Source: Methanotrichaceae archaeon
GTDB lineage: Archaea > Halobacteriota > Methanosarcinia > Methanotrichales > Methanotrichaceae
Direction: 5' to 3'
DNA: 64,000 nt
NCBI GenBank assembly: GCA_963748825.1
Contig: CAVVKN010000009.1
Location: 1-64,000, forward strand
The first letter of the stretch is position 1. Each line of letters opens with the position of its first letter. Shown here piece after piece: positions 10,350 through 19,428 of the stretch. A program made the position numbers and the translations under genes. The notes under the pieces were generated by a model. The model searched no databases, had not been told where the DNA came from, and was given only the letters and a program-made list of their open reading frames with translations.

Positions 10350-11378
10350 TTGATGATCGAGATAAACGGTTCCTTTGGGGAAGGCGGCGGCCAGATCGTG
10401 CGCACAGCGGTGGCCCTCTCTGCTGTGACCGGAAAGCCCGTTCGCATAACCAATATCCGGCAGGGCCGATCCAAACCCGGTCTGGCGGCTCAGCATGCCC
10501 GGGCCATAATGGCACTAGCAGGCATTTGTGATGCCAGGACATCTGGAGCTACTCCGGGATCTTCCGAGATCGCCTTCTCACCGGGTGAGATTCGGGGCGG
10601 CAGCCACAGGGTGGAGATTGGAACCGCCGGCAGCGTGACCCTGCTCATGCAGTGCCTTCTGCCTGCGCTGCTTCGCGCCGATGCCCCTTCTTCTTTGCGA
10701 ATTCATGGAGGAACGGATGTTAGTTGGGCTCCTACGGTTGACTATTTTAAAAATGTCTTTCTGCCCGCTCTCTCCTCTTTCGGGGCCAAGGTGAGCCTGG
10801 AGGTTTTGCAGAGAGGATACTATCCGCGGGGGCAGGGAGAGGTGCTTTTAGAGGTCGAGCCTGCAAAGCTGAAGGCCGGTCACCTGGAATGCCGGACTTG
10901 TGATACTAGGCAGAGCACGCAGAGTATAGTGCAGGGAGTGTCTCACTGCTCCAACCTGCCCGAGCACGTTGCTGCCAGGCAGGCCGATTCGGCGGTGCAG
11001 ATGTTGAGTGAAGCAGGCTTCCAGGCTCATGTGGCTCGCGAGGCCCTGCGTCTGCCATCCATGGGAAGCGGTATCACCCTCTGGTCCGGCTGCAAAGGGG
11101 CGAGCTTTCTAGGCGAGAGAGGCCTTCCAGCGGAAAAGGTGGGCAGAAGGGCGGCCGAAGAACTGATCATAGAGCTGAAATCCAAGGCAACCGTGGACGT
11201 GCACCTGGCCGACCAGCTCATTCCCTATCTGGCCCTGGCGGGTGGAAGCTACACGGTGCGAGAGATATCTCTGCACGCCAAGACCAACATCTGGACTGCC
11301 AGGCATTTCTTGGATTCGGAAATTGAGGTAAAAGAAGAGAAGGGGCTCTTTCGGATAGAGAGCGTCCTGCAAGATTGA
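10350..11378 (+). CDS. rtcA: RNA 3'-terminal phosphate cyclase
   Basis: GEGGGQIVR, GGTDV, RGYYPRG, VDVHLADQL, HAKTN motifs. Confidence 0.95.
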   Translation: MMIEINGSFGEGGGQIVRTAVALSAVTGKPVRITNIRQGRSKPGLAAQHARAIMALAGICDARTSGATPGSSEIAFSPGEIRGGSHRVEIGTAGSVTLLMQCLLPALLRADAPSSLRIHGGTDVSWAPTVDYFKNVFLPALSSFGAKVSLEVLQRGYYPRGQGEVLLEVEPAKLKAGHLECRTCDTRQSTQSIVQGVSHCSNLPEHVAARQADSAVQMLSEAGFQAHVAREALRLPSMGSGITLWSGCKGASFLGERGLPAEKVGRRAAEELIIELKSKATVDVHLADQLIPYLALAGGSYTVREISLHAKTNIWTARHFLDSEIEVKEEKGLFRIESVLQD

Positions 11379-11527
11379 GGATTGTGAATGAGGCGTTCTC
11401 GGACACAATCGAGAAATCAAACGATTTTTCCAGATTGTGTCTTTTTGCCCCTATAAAAATTCTATTCAGAGCGTCAAGCTGATTATGCAGCACATCCTAA
11501 CGGATTTTGTGTGGAGAGGGAATTGAG

Positions 11528-13429
11528 ATGAAAGACAAGACGCTCCTGGAAGAGTTTAAAAAGATCTATCCGGAGAAGTTCGCATCAGAAGTTGAGATCT
11601 TCTCCCATATCCATGCTGGTGACCGCATCTTCATCGGCACGGGCTGCGGCGAGCCCCAGTACCTGGTTTCCGCACTGGTGGGCTACGTCAAGAACCATCC
11701 CAAGGCGTTCTTCGATGCAGAGTTGATCCACGTCTGGACTTTGGGTGTGGCGCCCTATACCGATGAGAAGCTGCAGGAGAACTTCCGGCTTGACTCCTTC
11801 TTTGTGGGCGACAGCACCAGAAACTCCGTCAACCGCGGCGCAGCGGACTACACGCCCGTCTTCCTCTCCTCTGTTCCCGATCTCTTTCGATCGGAGCTGA
11901 TACCCGTGGACGTGGCCCTGATCCAGACCTCTCTTCCCGATAAACACGGCTACTTGAGCCTGGGAATAAGCGTGGATGTGGTAGAATCAGCCGTAGAAAT
12001 GGCTGAGCTGGTGGTGGCCCAGGTCAATATGAATATGCCCCGCACCCATGGTGATGGCTTTATAAATATAAAAGACATAAACTTCCTTTTGCCCTATGAT
12101 GAGCCGCTTCTGGAGTATTCCGTCAAAGCGCCTAACGATATCGTGCAGAGTATCGGAAGATATGTGGCACGCATCATCGAAGACGGATCGACCATCCAGG
12201 TGGGTTATGGCCTGATCCCGGATGCAGTTGTGCCCAATTTGGAGGGCAAAAAGGACCTGGGAGTTCACACGGAGCTGCTCAGCGACGGCATCGTCAATCT
12301 AATGAAGAAGGGGGTTGTCACCAATCACAAGAAAACCCACAATCCAGGCAAGACGGTTGCCTCCTTTTGCATGGGAAGCCGTGAGACCTACGATTTCCTG
12401 GACGAGAACCCTGCCGTGGAATTCAAACGGATCGATTACACCAACCATCCCCTCGTAATCGCCAGAAACCATCTCATGACCGCCATCAATAGCGCCATGG
12501 AAGTGGATCTGACCGGCCAGGCTACGGCGGAGTCGCTGGGCGGCACCTTCTACAGCGGCATCGGCGGACAGGCGGATTTCATGCGCGGGGCAGTGCTGGC
12601 TCCTGGGGGAAAGACCATATTAGCCCTGCCCTCCACGGCCTTGAACGAGAGCGTCTCTCGAATTGTTCCCACACTTCAGGAGGGGGCAGGAGTCACCCTG
12701 AATCGGGGCGATGTTCGCTATGTAGTAACTGAATATGGAATTGCCTATCTTCATGGCAAGAACATTCGGGAGAGAGCTATGGATCTCATAGCCATCGCTC
12801 ATCCCAAGTTCCGGCCCTGGCTGATGGAAACGGCCCGGAAGAAGGCCCTCATCTACAAAGATCAGGTCTTCATTCCGGGAGAGAAGGGCATGTATCCCGA
12901 GGAGCTGGAGATCTACAGGACCACCAGAAAAGGGCTCAATCTGTTCCTGCGGCCTGCCAAGATCACTGACGAGTCGCTACTAAAGGACTTCTTTTACGAT
13001 CTATCAGAGGAGAGCCTGTACAAGCGTTTCTTCTCCGTTCGAACGGACATGCCTCACAAGAGGCTGCAGGATTTCGTGGCCGTGGACTACAGCAAGAAGA
13101 TGGAGATCCTGGCCACGATTAGGGAAAACGAAAAGGAGATTGTCATTGGCCTGGGTCAGTATGAGCTGAACTCGGACATGCACTCGGCAGAGGTCGCACT
13201 GGTGGTAAGAGACAAATTCCAGGGACAGGGTGTGGGCAGAGAGCTTCTCTCTTATTTGATTTACCTGGCGAAAAGGCAGGGCCTGCTCGGATTTTCGGGA
13301 GATGTTTTATTGGAGAATAGAGCCATGGTGCGTCTCTTTGAGAAGATGGGATTTGATACCGAGAAGAGAAGCGATGAGGAGGTTTACGAGATGCGCATGT
13401 GGTTTAGGAATAAAGGGGAGCGTGGATAG
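11528..13429 (+). CDS. Acetyl-CoA hydrolase/CoA-transferase fused to a C-terminal GNAT acetyltransferase
   Basis: GVHTELLSDG, SGIGGQADF, VVTEYG; C-terminal AEVALVVRDKFQGQGVG and ENRAM GNAT motifs. Confidence 0.9.
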   Translation: MKDKTLLEEFKKIYPEKFASEVEIFSHIHAGDRIFIGTGCGEPQYLVSALVGYVKNHPKAFFDAELIHVWTLGVAPYTDEKLQENFRLDSFFVGDSTRNSVNRGAADYTPVFLSSVPDLFRSELIPVDVALIQTSLPDKHGYLSLGISVDVVESAVEMAELVVAQVNMNMPRTHGDGFINIKDINFLLPYDEPLLEYSVKAPNDIVQSIGRYVARIIEDGSTIQVGYGLIPDAVVPNLEGKKDLGVHTELLSDGIVNLMKKGVVTNHKKTHNPGKTVASFCMGSRETYDFLDENPAVEFKRIDYTNHPLVIARNHLMTAINSAMEVDLTGQATAESLGGTFYSGIGGQADFMRGAVLAPGGKTILALPSTALNESVSRIVPTLQEGAGVTLNRGDVRYVVTEYGIAYLHGKNIRERAMDLIAIAHPKFRPWLMETARKKALIYKDQVFIPGEKGMYPEELEIYRTTRKGLNLFLRPAKITDESLLKDFFYDLSEESLYKRFFSVRTDMPHKRLQDFVAVDYSKKMEILATIRENEKEIVIGLGQYELNSDMHSAEVALVVRDKFQGQGVGRELLSYLIYLAKRQGLLGFSGDVLLENRAMVRLFEKMGFDTEKRSDEEVYEMRMWFRNKGERG

Positions 13430-13432
13430 AAT

Positions 13433-14017
13433 ATGAGAAAGCTCGTAGCAGTTAGAATTGTGCATGCTCCGACAGACATGGGCTCGGCAAGCGCTGGTCT
13501 GGAAAAAGCAGGCATATCAACTCTGGGAAGGCAGCGCTGGCAGGAAAACCAAAAGAAGATCGAGAGTTTCTGGCTGGAGCTGGAAAAAGAGGTAGAGGAT
13601 CTCGGCCTGGACGCGGAGAAGCTGCACATCTACCAGGACGGCCTGCCCTGCGCGGGAGCTCTTGGGGAGCGAATTGTGCGCGAGACAGCAGCCAAAGGCA
13701 GCAGGAATTACCAGATTGTGCAAAAGCTCATGGACAGGGGCGCCAAGATTGAGGCGACGGAAAGCGCTGACCTGCTCCGGCTGGAATACGGCTACATAAA
13801 AGCCCTTCTGGAGGCCAAAACGGATGAGGAGAGACGTTTGGCGGAAGAGAGATACAATCAGGTAAAAGATAAGCTGCTGGAGGAGCGGGATCTATTCATC
13901 GCCAGGGCAATTGATACCTCTTTAAAGGAGGGCGAGACGGGGCTGCTTTTCATTGGGGCGTCGCACAACGTGCTCCCCAAAATTGCCGGCGATATTGAAG
14001 TGAAGTGTCTGGACTGA
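13433..14017 (+). CDS. Conserved hypothetical protein (possible TraB/TIKI/EreA-like metal-binding fold)
   Basis: 194-aa ORF 3 bp after upstream stop; IVH, YQDGLP, ERD..IA, FIGASH motifs. Confidence 0.6.
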   Translation: MRKLVAVRIVHAPTDMGSASAGLEKAGISTLGRQRWQENQKKIESFWLELEKEVEDLGLDAEKLHIYQDGLPCAGALGERIVRETAAKGSRNYQIVQKLMDRGAKIEATESADLLRLEYGYIKALLEAKTDEERRLAEERYNQVKDKLLEERDLFIARAIDTSLKEGETGLLFIGASHNVLPKIAGDIEVKCLD

Positions 14018-14107
14018 AGGGATTGATGAAAAATGAACTCGTCGATGAATGAAATCGGTGCAGGATGAAATTTAGGGCCACTCGTTGTATCAAGTAAGTA
14101 ATGGAAT

Positions 14108-14409
<302 letters not shown>

Positions 14410-14547
14410 ATTCAATTGCATCTCGAAAGTCAATAGTAACCTCGGGTTAGCTACTGCAACTAGCGAAGAGCCATTTAGAGATGGATTTGGTGGGCATCGA
14501 GGCAGAAGGATAATGTCAGATATCTTGAAAAGGGGAATTATCGGTTT

Positions 14548-15096
14548 TTACACTTCAATTGCCACCGCCCTTTCCGTTGCCCTGGCCAGAGCTTCTTCGA
14601 ACTCATCCCTTTCCGAAAGGGAAATGCGTGCGCTGCCCTCCTGATAGATCAGTTCCAGCTCCCGTCTCACTTCATGAGATGCAGGCACTCTTAACACACT
14701 CAAGTTTTCCAGTGGCGTCTCAAAGATGGCCTCGCCGGGGGTCTTTATCCAGAGAATAAGTCTTTGGCTGGTGATATTCCAGATGCCGGGCACCCAGCAT
14801 TTGATCAGGCCCTGCTCCTGCCGGATATATCCGAAAGCCTTGTAGAGGATTTGCTCTCCCGGAAAAAGAGGCAGATGCGTCTCCGCTCTCGCGTACAATT
14901 CCCGGCTGCTCTTATCCCAGTCTTCCATTATCCCGTACTCCAGCATAGTCTCCATGCTGGCCAAAGCTGCCCTCAGGTTCAGGCCGATGAGGGGAATTCC
15001 TGCCACGGATATGATCAGATCGGCATTGAGAATCGCTCCTTTATTGAGGAGCCGGTCCAAGATTTCCACCAGACTGCTTTCTCTTTCCGGATTCAT
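14548..15096 (-). CDS. gvpM: GvpA/J/M-family gas vesicle protein (GvpM-like) with C-terminal extra domain
   Basis: SLVEILDRLLNKGAILNADLIISVAGIPL GvpA-family motif; follows gvpKL. Confidence 0.75.
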   Translation of the reverse strand: MNPERESSLVEILDRLLNKGAILNADLIISVAGIPLIGLNLRAALASMETMLEYGIMEDWDKSSRELYARAETHLPLFPGEQILYKAFGYIRQEQGLIKCWVPGIWNITSQRLILWIKTPGEAIFETPLENLSVLRVPASHEVRRELELIYQEGSARISLSERDEFEEALARATERAVAIEV

Positions 15097-15875
15097 CACG
15101 ACAGCCCCCGGTAGTCGACAAAGCTGAATGGCGCCCACGGGCCGGTAAACCGAACCCGAAAGCCCTCCTGGCAGTTAATCTCATCCAAAGTCTCCCCCAG
15201 CCGTGCCACCATATCATTACGAACCAGACAGGTGTAAGAGGCCAAAAGCGACAGGCTCTTGTAGTTTTCCGCAGTTCTTCTTCTGCCGTCCGTCTTCAGC
15301 TCATCCACTGAGGACCTTATCCTGGAAAGAGAGCTTTCAGCCAGGCTGGCGGCTTTTTGGGATACCAGGCCCTTTAGCTTTTGATCCAATTTTTTCTGCA
15401 GCAGATAAGCCATTCCTTTGCTCTCTTTCTCTATGCGGTTCTTCATGCCATTCAGTTCTGCGTCGTCCTCCAGGATTTTGCCGGCCAGGTCATCATAGTG
15501 GTAGTAGATCTGGATGGTGTACTCCGCCTTTCCCTGCACATTTTCTATGTTCTCTCGCAGAATCTTGTAGTTTTTTTCCAGCCACATAGCGATAGCAGTG
15601 TCGTCCCCTTTCAAGATAACATCAAAGGAGAAGGGCAATACCGATCCGAACCTCTTCATGGCCAGGTCTATCACATAGCTATGCTCCAGGACCCATTCTT
15701 CTGCCCGTGCCCGGTCTTTGGTGTCGTAAGCCTGGGGGGGACAGGAGTGGACCACTGCAGCTATGTCTTTGTAGGGTATGGTGAAGACCTCTCTCTTCTC
15801 AATTCCTATCTCGCCAAGATTCTCTTTTATTGCCGTCTTGGCAACGGAGTATACGTATCTGGCCTCTTCTGCCAT
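15096..15875 (-). CDS. gvpL: GvpL/GvpF-family gas vesicle protein
   Basis: YVYSV N-terminus, VLPFSF, FTGPWAPFSF C-terminus. Confidence 0.88.
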   Translation of the reverse strand: MAEEARYVYSVAKTAIKENLGEIGIEKREVFTIPYKDIAAVVHSCPPQAYDTKDRARAEEWVLEHSYVIDLAMKRFGSVLPFSFDVILKGDDTAIAMWLEKNYKILRENIENVQGKAEYTIQIYYHYDDLAGKILEDDAELNGMKNRIEKESKGMAYLLQKKLDQKLKGLVSQKAASLAESSLSRIRSSVDELKTDGRRRTAENYKSLSLLASYTCLVRNDMVARLGETLDEINCQEGFRVRFTGPWAPFSFVDYRGLS

Positions 15876-15879
15876 TTTT

Positions 15880-16200
15880 CTAAAGCTCCTTCTCCGGATC
15901 ATCCAGCCATGTCTCTGGATTTATGAACTTCTCCAGCAGTTCATCCGCTGCCTCGTCCAGGCCTTCCCGAACCGACAGCACAGCATCTCCGATGTCGTTA
16001 TCGGCCTTTATCTTCTCCAGAGACTCGGACAGCTCGCATAAAGACTGCCCAAGCCTTTCCACCTCGAGATCGCTCAGGCTTCCTCCCTCGATTCTCCTCA
16101 GAGCCTGGCGCTCTAAAAGCTCCTGGATGATCTCGACCAGCGCCACTACCAGTCCCAGCAGGCCGTTTTTCAGATTTTTCTCATCCAGATGGATGGCCAT
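15880..16200 (-). CDS. gvpK: Gas vesicle protein GvpK
   Basis: GLLGLVVALVEIIQELLERQALRRIEGGSLS...VERLG. Confidence 0.92.
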   Translation of the reverse strand: MAIHLDEKNLKNGLLGLVVALVEIIQELLERQALRRIEGGSLSDLEVERLGQSLCELSESLEKIKADNDIGDAVLSVREGLDEAADELLEKFINPETWLDDPEKEL

Positions 16201-16214
16201 TATACTCCCGAAAT

Positions 16215-16856
16215 TTAATTCAGCTTGATCTGCAGTATGCCGTTCTTGTAGCTTTTCTCAAGAATGTCTTTGGCGGCATGGGGCAGTGTGATATTCTTGC
16301 AAAATTTGCCTGCCGATATCTGTAGATCAGTCTGATCCAGCTTTATATTCAAATCATCTTCAGAGACGCCGGGAAGCTCAGCAATGACTGTGATGCCCTC
16401 TTTTCCATCCAATACATCCACGATAGGCTCACGAACCGGCCCTTTCGGCATGTTCACGCTTTCTACCCGAGGGGCAGCCAGCTTGCCCGGTCCACGCCTG
16501 ATGGGCCTGGTAGATACGTGATAATCCACTACCGGCTTGTTGGACCAGCCTACATCGATCCTGTGCTTGATCTCGGCATCAGTATCTGCAATCTTCTGCC
16601 GAAACTCAGGGCTGGACGCCTCCAGGGCTTTGAGTATTCCTCCCAGTCCCGGGATAAACTGGCCTACCACGTTCTCGACCAGTCCCTCAACGTGAATGTT
16701 GCTATCCGCAATGCGGCTATCCACGTTTCTGGTTTGGCTTATCCTGGCGGTATTCGCGGTATTCTCAAGTTCTGCAATCTTCTTTTCTAGACGTGCTATT
16801 CTCTCTTCGTCTTGCTTTTCTCGGCTCTTGTCCGCATCTTTTATGTCCTCGACCAT
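16215..16856 (-). CDS. Hsp20/alpha-crystallin-domain protein (GvpH-like)
   Basis: EPIVDV...VIAELPGVSEDD...SYKNGILQI; located in gvp operon. Confidence 0.8.
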   Translation of the reverse strand: MVEDIKDADKSREKQDEERIARLEKKIAELENTANTARISQTRNVDSRIADSNIHVEGLVENVVGQFIPGLGGILKALEASSPEFRQKIADTDAEIKHRIDVGWSNKPVVDYHVSTRPIRRGPGKLAAPRVESVNMPKGPVREPIVDVLDGKEGITVIAELPGVSEDDLNIKLDQTDLQISAGKFCKNITLPHAAKDILEKSYKNGILQIKLN

Positions 16857-16874
16857 TTTGCTCTCCCCCCAATT

Positions 16875-17240
16875 TCAATCATACTTTTCCGGCACAGGCC
16901 GAATCAAAGGCAAGCTCTGTGGGCTTGACCAGCCGCAGATTGGGCAGCCCTCACGAAGGAGGATCTCCTCGTCCCTGCGGTTGCTGCACTCCGGGCAGCA
17001 GGCTTTAGGCCGGTCCAAATTTTTCCAGCCCGGAGCTTTCAGGTTAGTGCCTGCAGGAAGCTCCAGGCCATACTTGGCCGCGGTCTCAAAAGAGGCTAAG
17101 ACTGCTCGGATCTTGATGCCGAGAAGCTCCGTGCCTGCCACAGATATGGCTATATCTGCATTGATCACCAGGCCCTTGTCAAGGATTCTCTCTATTACGT
17201 CGGCAAGATTCTGGCTTCTGGTTGGCGCCAAAGAATTCAT
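16875..17240 (-). CDS. gvpJ: Gas vesicle protein GvpJ with C-terminal CxxC...CxxC zinc ribbon
   Basis: LADVIERILDKGLVINADIAISVAGTELLGIK...ASFETAAKYGL. Confidence 0.9.
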   Translation of the reverse strand: MNSLAPTRSQNLADVIERILDKGLVINADIAISVAGTELLGIKIRAVLASFETAAKYGLELPAGTNLKAPGWKNLDRPKACCPECSNRRDEEILLREGCPICGWSSPQSLPLIRPVPEKYD

Positions 17241-17256
17241 CTGAAAACCACTCCAC

Positions 17257-17538
17257 TTATCTTCGGTTGGCCATTTCGTCCCGAATTCGCCTCTTGTGAG
17301 CCAGTATCTTGGCTTTATGAAGCAGCTTTTGCGTCCGCTGCAGATCTCTGACCTTTGCCTTTTGAGCCTGCCATTTATCTTTGATCATTCGATTACTATT
17401 TCGGGAGCCCTCATACCAGGCTCTTTTCGTCGCCATAAGTTGGGGCCGGACCTCGTCTCTAATCCTCCTCTTATGAGCAGTTACCACGGCGTGCTGACGC
17501 CTCCTGTTATCCAGGATCTTTTGGCTTAGAAGGGCCAT
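17257..17538 (-). CDS. Small, very basic protein with internal repeat (GvpI-like position)
   Basis: 93 aa, Arg/Lys rich, AHKRRIRDE twice; GGAG SD upstream. Confidence 0.65.
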   Translation of the reverse strand: MALLSQKILDNRRRQHAVVTAHKRRIRDEVRPQLMATKRAWYEGSRNSNRMIKDKWQAQKAKVRDLQRTQKLLHKAKILAHKRRIRDEMANRR

Positions 17539-17597
17539 AGTCTCGTTTCTCCATTAGACTGCCAGAATATCTAACATAATAATTTCAGGCACTATTT

Positions 17598-17786
17598 TTA
17601 TTTCTCATCAACAAATCCCATCTGCACTTTGCCGCCGTAAATCGCTCGAATGAAGCCTGGATGTCCCATTGATCCCGAAAACGGCCGCTTATGCTCCTCG
17701 TTTTCTTCCATCTCCAGGAGGATCTGCAAAAACGTACTTGCATCTCTTGCCGGGCAATTTACCGCGTTTTCAACCTCATCAGCCAT
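17598..17786 (-). CDS. Hypothetical 62-aa protein in gvp operon
   Basis: ATG 3 bp after gvpG stop, same strand. Confidence 0.45.
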   Translation of the reverse strand: MADEVENAVNCPARDASTFLQILLEMEENEEHKRPFSGSMGHPGFIRAIYGGKVQMGFVDEK

Positions 17787-17789
17787 AGC

Positions 17790-18071
17790 TTACCCCAGGA
17801 TATCAATCTTTGAACAGAGGTTCATCTCTAAGACCTTCTGCGCCACATCCAGTTTATGCATTAGCTCCGAGTTCTTCTGTTCGTATTCCTGGCGACCGAG
17901 CTCCCCGAATTCATAGAGCATACGGGTCTCTTTTATCTGATTCTTGATCTTGTCCGGATTGTAGTATCCTTTTAAGGCAAACTTCTGGATCTGTTCCAGT
18001 GTCCAGATCATATCCAGCCCCGGCAGGGATATTCCAATGGATCGCAGCAGAATATCGTCTATGATGAACAT
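17790..18071 (-). CDS. gvpG: Gas vesicle protein GvpG
   Basis: MFIIDDILL...YNPDKIKNQIKETRMLYEFGEL..EYEQK. Confidence 0.88.
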   Translation of the reverse strand: MFIIDDILLRSIGISLPGLDMIWTLEQIQKFALKGYYNPDKIKNQIKETRMLYEFGELGRQEYEQKNSELMHKLDVAQKVLEMNLCSKIDILG

Positions 18072-18758
18072 CTAGCGAAACCCCCTTCGCTTGCTTCCCA
18101 GAATATGAATATCAACGAAGTTATAAACAGGCCATGGGCCGGAATACTGCACCTTCAACTCGTTGTATTTCTCCTGCAACTTGCCTACTTGCAGAGAAAA
18201 CTCATCTATGCCGGACTTTTCCACCAAAAAGGTGCTGTTCAAAATCAAGCGGTCGGAAAAGAGCTTGAGCTTCTTGCTATCTGAGGAAACTGCTAAGAGG
18301 CTACTCAGGAAATCAGAGCTGCATTCCTCTCGCTTTGCTGGGCCCATTTGCTCTAGATCTTTGGGAAGAAAGACCTTGATGCCAAGCTCCACCTTGCCTT
18401 CTACTATCGGCAGCGCCTTTTGCATGGCCTGATAGCCAGCGCTCATGGCAATTTGCAGCAGCTTTGTGCTCTTGAATGCCATACCATAGGCCACGGGAAT
18501 TGCGCTGTGCTCTTGCATTACATGTTCCACTACATTCCTGTGGATCTCCACTTCCAGCTCATCCACAGCGTAATCCCGGTAGGTTACATCGCTGACTACT
18601 GGGGACAGGCCCCTGTAGTCCATAGTATAGACCTCTTCTGCATCAAAGCCGAGATTCCCAAAGCTCTCCCTCTCCTTGAGATTAGGAACGACACAATAGA
18701 CATACTTTCCCAGGGTTTCGGGGACCTTCTTCTCAGCCTTAAGAATCCTCCTTGCCAA
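18072..18758 (-). CDS. gvpF: Gas vesicle protein GvpF
   Basis: YVYCVV, H..VVEHVM, IPVAYGMAF, YSGPWPVYNFV; directly precedes gvpG. Confidence 0.9.
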   Translation of the reverse strand: MARRILKAEKKVPETLGKYVYCVVPNLKERESFGNLGFDAEEVYTMDYRGLSPVVSDVTYRDYAVDELEVEIHRNVVEHVMQEHSAIPVAYGMAFKSTKLLQIAMSAGYQAMQKALPIVEGKVELGIKVFLPKDLEQMGPAKREECSSDFLSSLLAVSSDSKKLKLFSDRLILNSTFLVEKSGIDEFSLQVGKLQEKYNELKVQYSGPWPVYNFVDIHILGSKRRGFR

Positions 18759-18762
18759 GAAG

Positions 18763-19041
18763 CTACACCTCTTCCTCGACCATCTCCATGTCCGACCTTC
18801 TGCGCAGCATTATCCTCTTGTAACCGAGAAGATCACCATCTGGATCGAACTTCATCTCGTACCTTCCTAAAATATCCTGTGTGTCGGGCACGGATTTTCT
18901 TTCCAGCACCTCTACCTCTGCCCTCCAGCCTTCTGCATCCTTGTTCAGGCTGATGATGCTGTCAAGACTCTTATTCAACATAGCTTCTGCTGCCTGGTTT
19001 GCTCTTCCAAGAATTTCCTGAATCTTTGGCTTAGCGGTCAT
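18763..19041 (-). CDS. gvpO: Gas vesicle protein GvpO
   Basis: GWRAEVEVLERKSVPDTQDILGRYEM...GDLLGYKR. Confidence 0.93.
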   Translation of the reverse strand: MTAKPKIQEILGRANQAAEAMLNKSLDSIISLNKDAEGWRAEVEVLERKSVPDTQDILGRYEMKFDPDGDLLGYKRIMLRRRSDMEMVEEEV

Positions 19042-19051
19042 GCATGGTCAC

Positions 19052-19420
19052 CTAAGGAATATAAATAGAGAGCTCTCCGTGGATAGGGATTACTTCCACG
19101 TTGCTTCCCTTGAATTCATGAACTCTCTCTTTCAATATATATTTATCTATTTCGCCTGCTGATCCGTAGTAGCGCAGAAATGAGGCAAGCTTATGCCTCC
19201 TGGCTTTGACTGCATCTCTGCCTAAGGCTTCTTCCTCAAAAGTTCCATCCGGTTTGAGGCAGAAATAAAATGTGGCCCCCACCTGCCTTCCGTCCTGCAT
19301 CCTGGCTTTGATGACCAGAGCATCGGTCTCATTAAAACCAAGCCCTGGAGGCTTCTTGTTGAAGATATCGCTTATTTTATAAACGTCAGCCTCTTCGACT
19401 ACAGCAGTTAATGGTTGCAT
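19052..19420 (-). CDS. Hypothetical 122-aa protein between gvpN and gvpO
   Basis: ATG at 19420, 8 bp after gvpN stop; operon-like spacing. Confidence 0.7.
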   Translation of the reverse strand: MQPLTAVVEEADVYKISDIFNKKPPGLGFNETDALVIKARMQDGRQVGATFYFCLKPDGTFEEEALGRDAVKARRHKLASFLRYYGSAGEIDKYILKERVHEFKGSNVEVIPIHGELSIYIP

Positions 19421-19428
19421 ATCGATCC

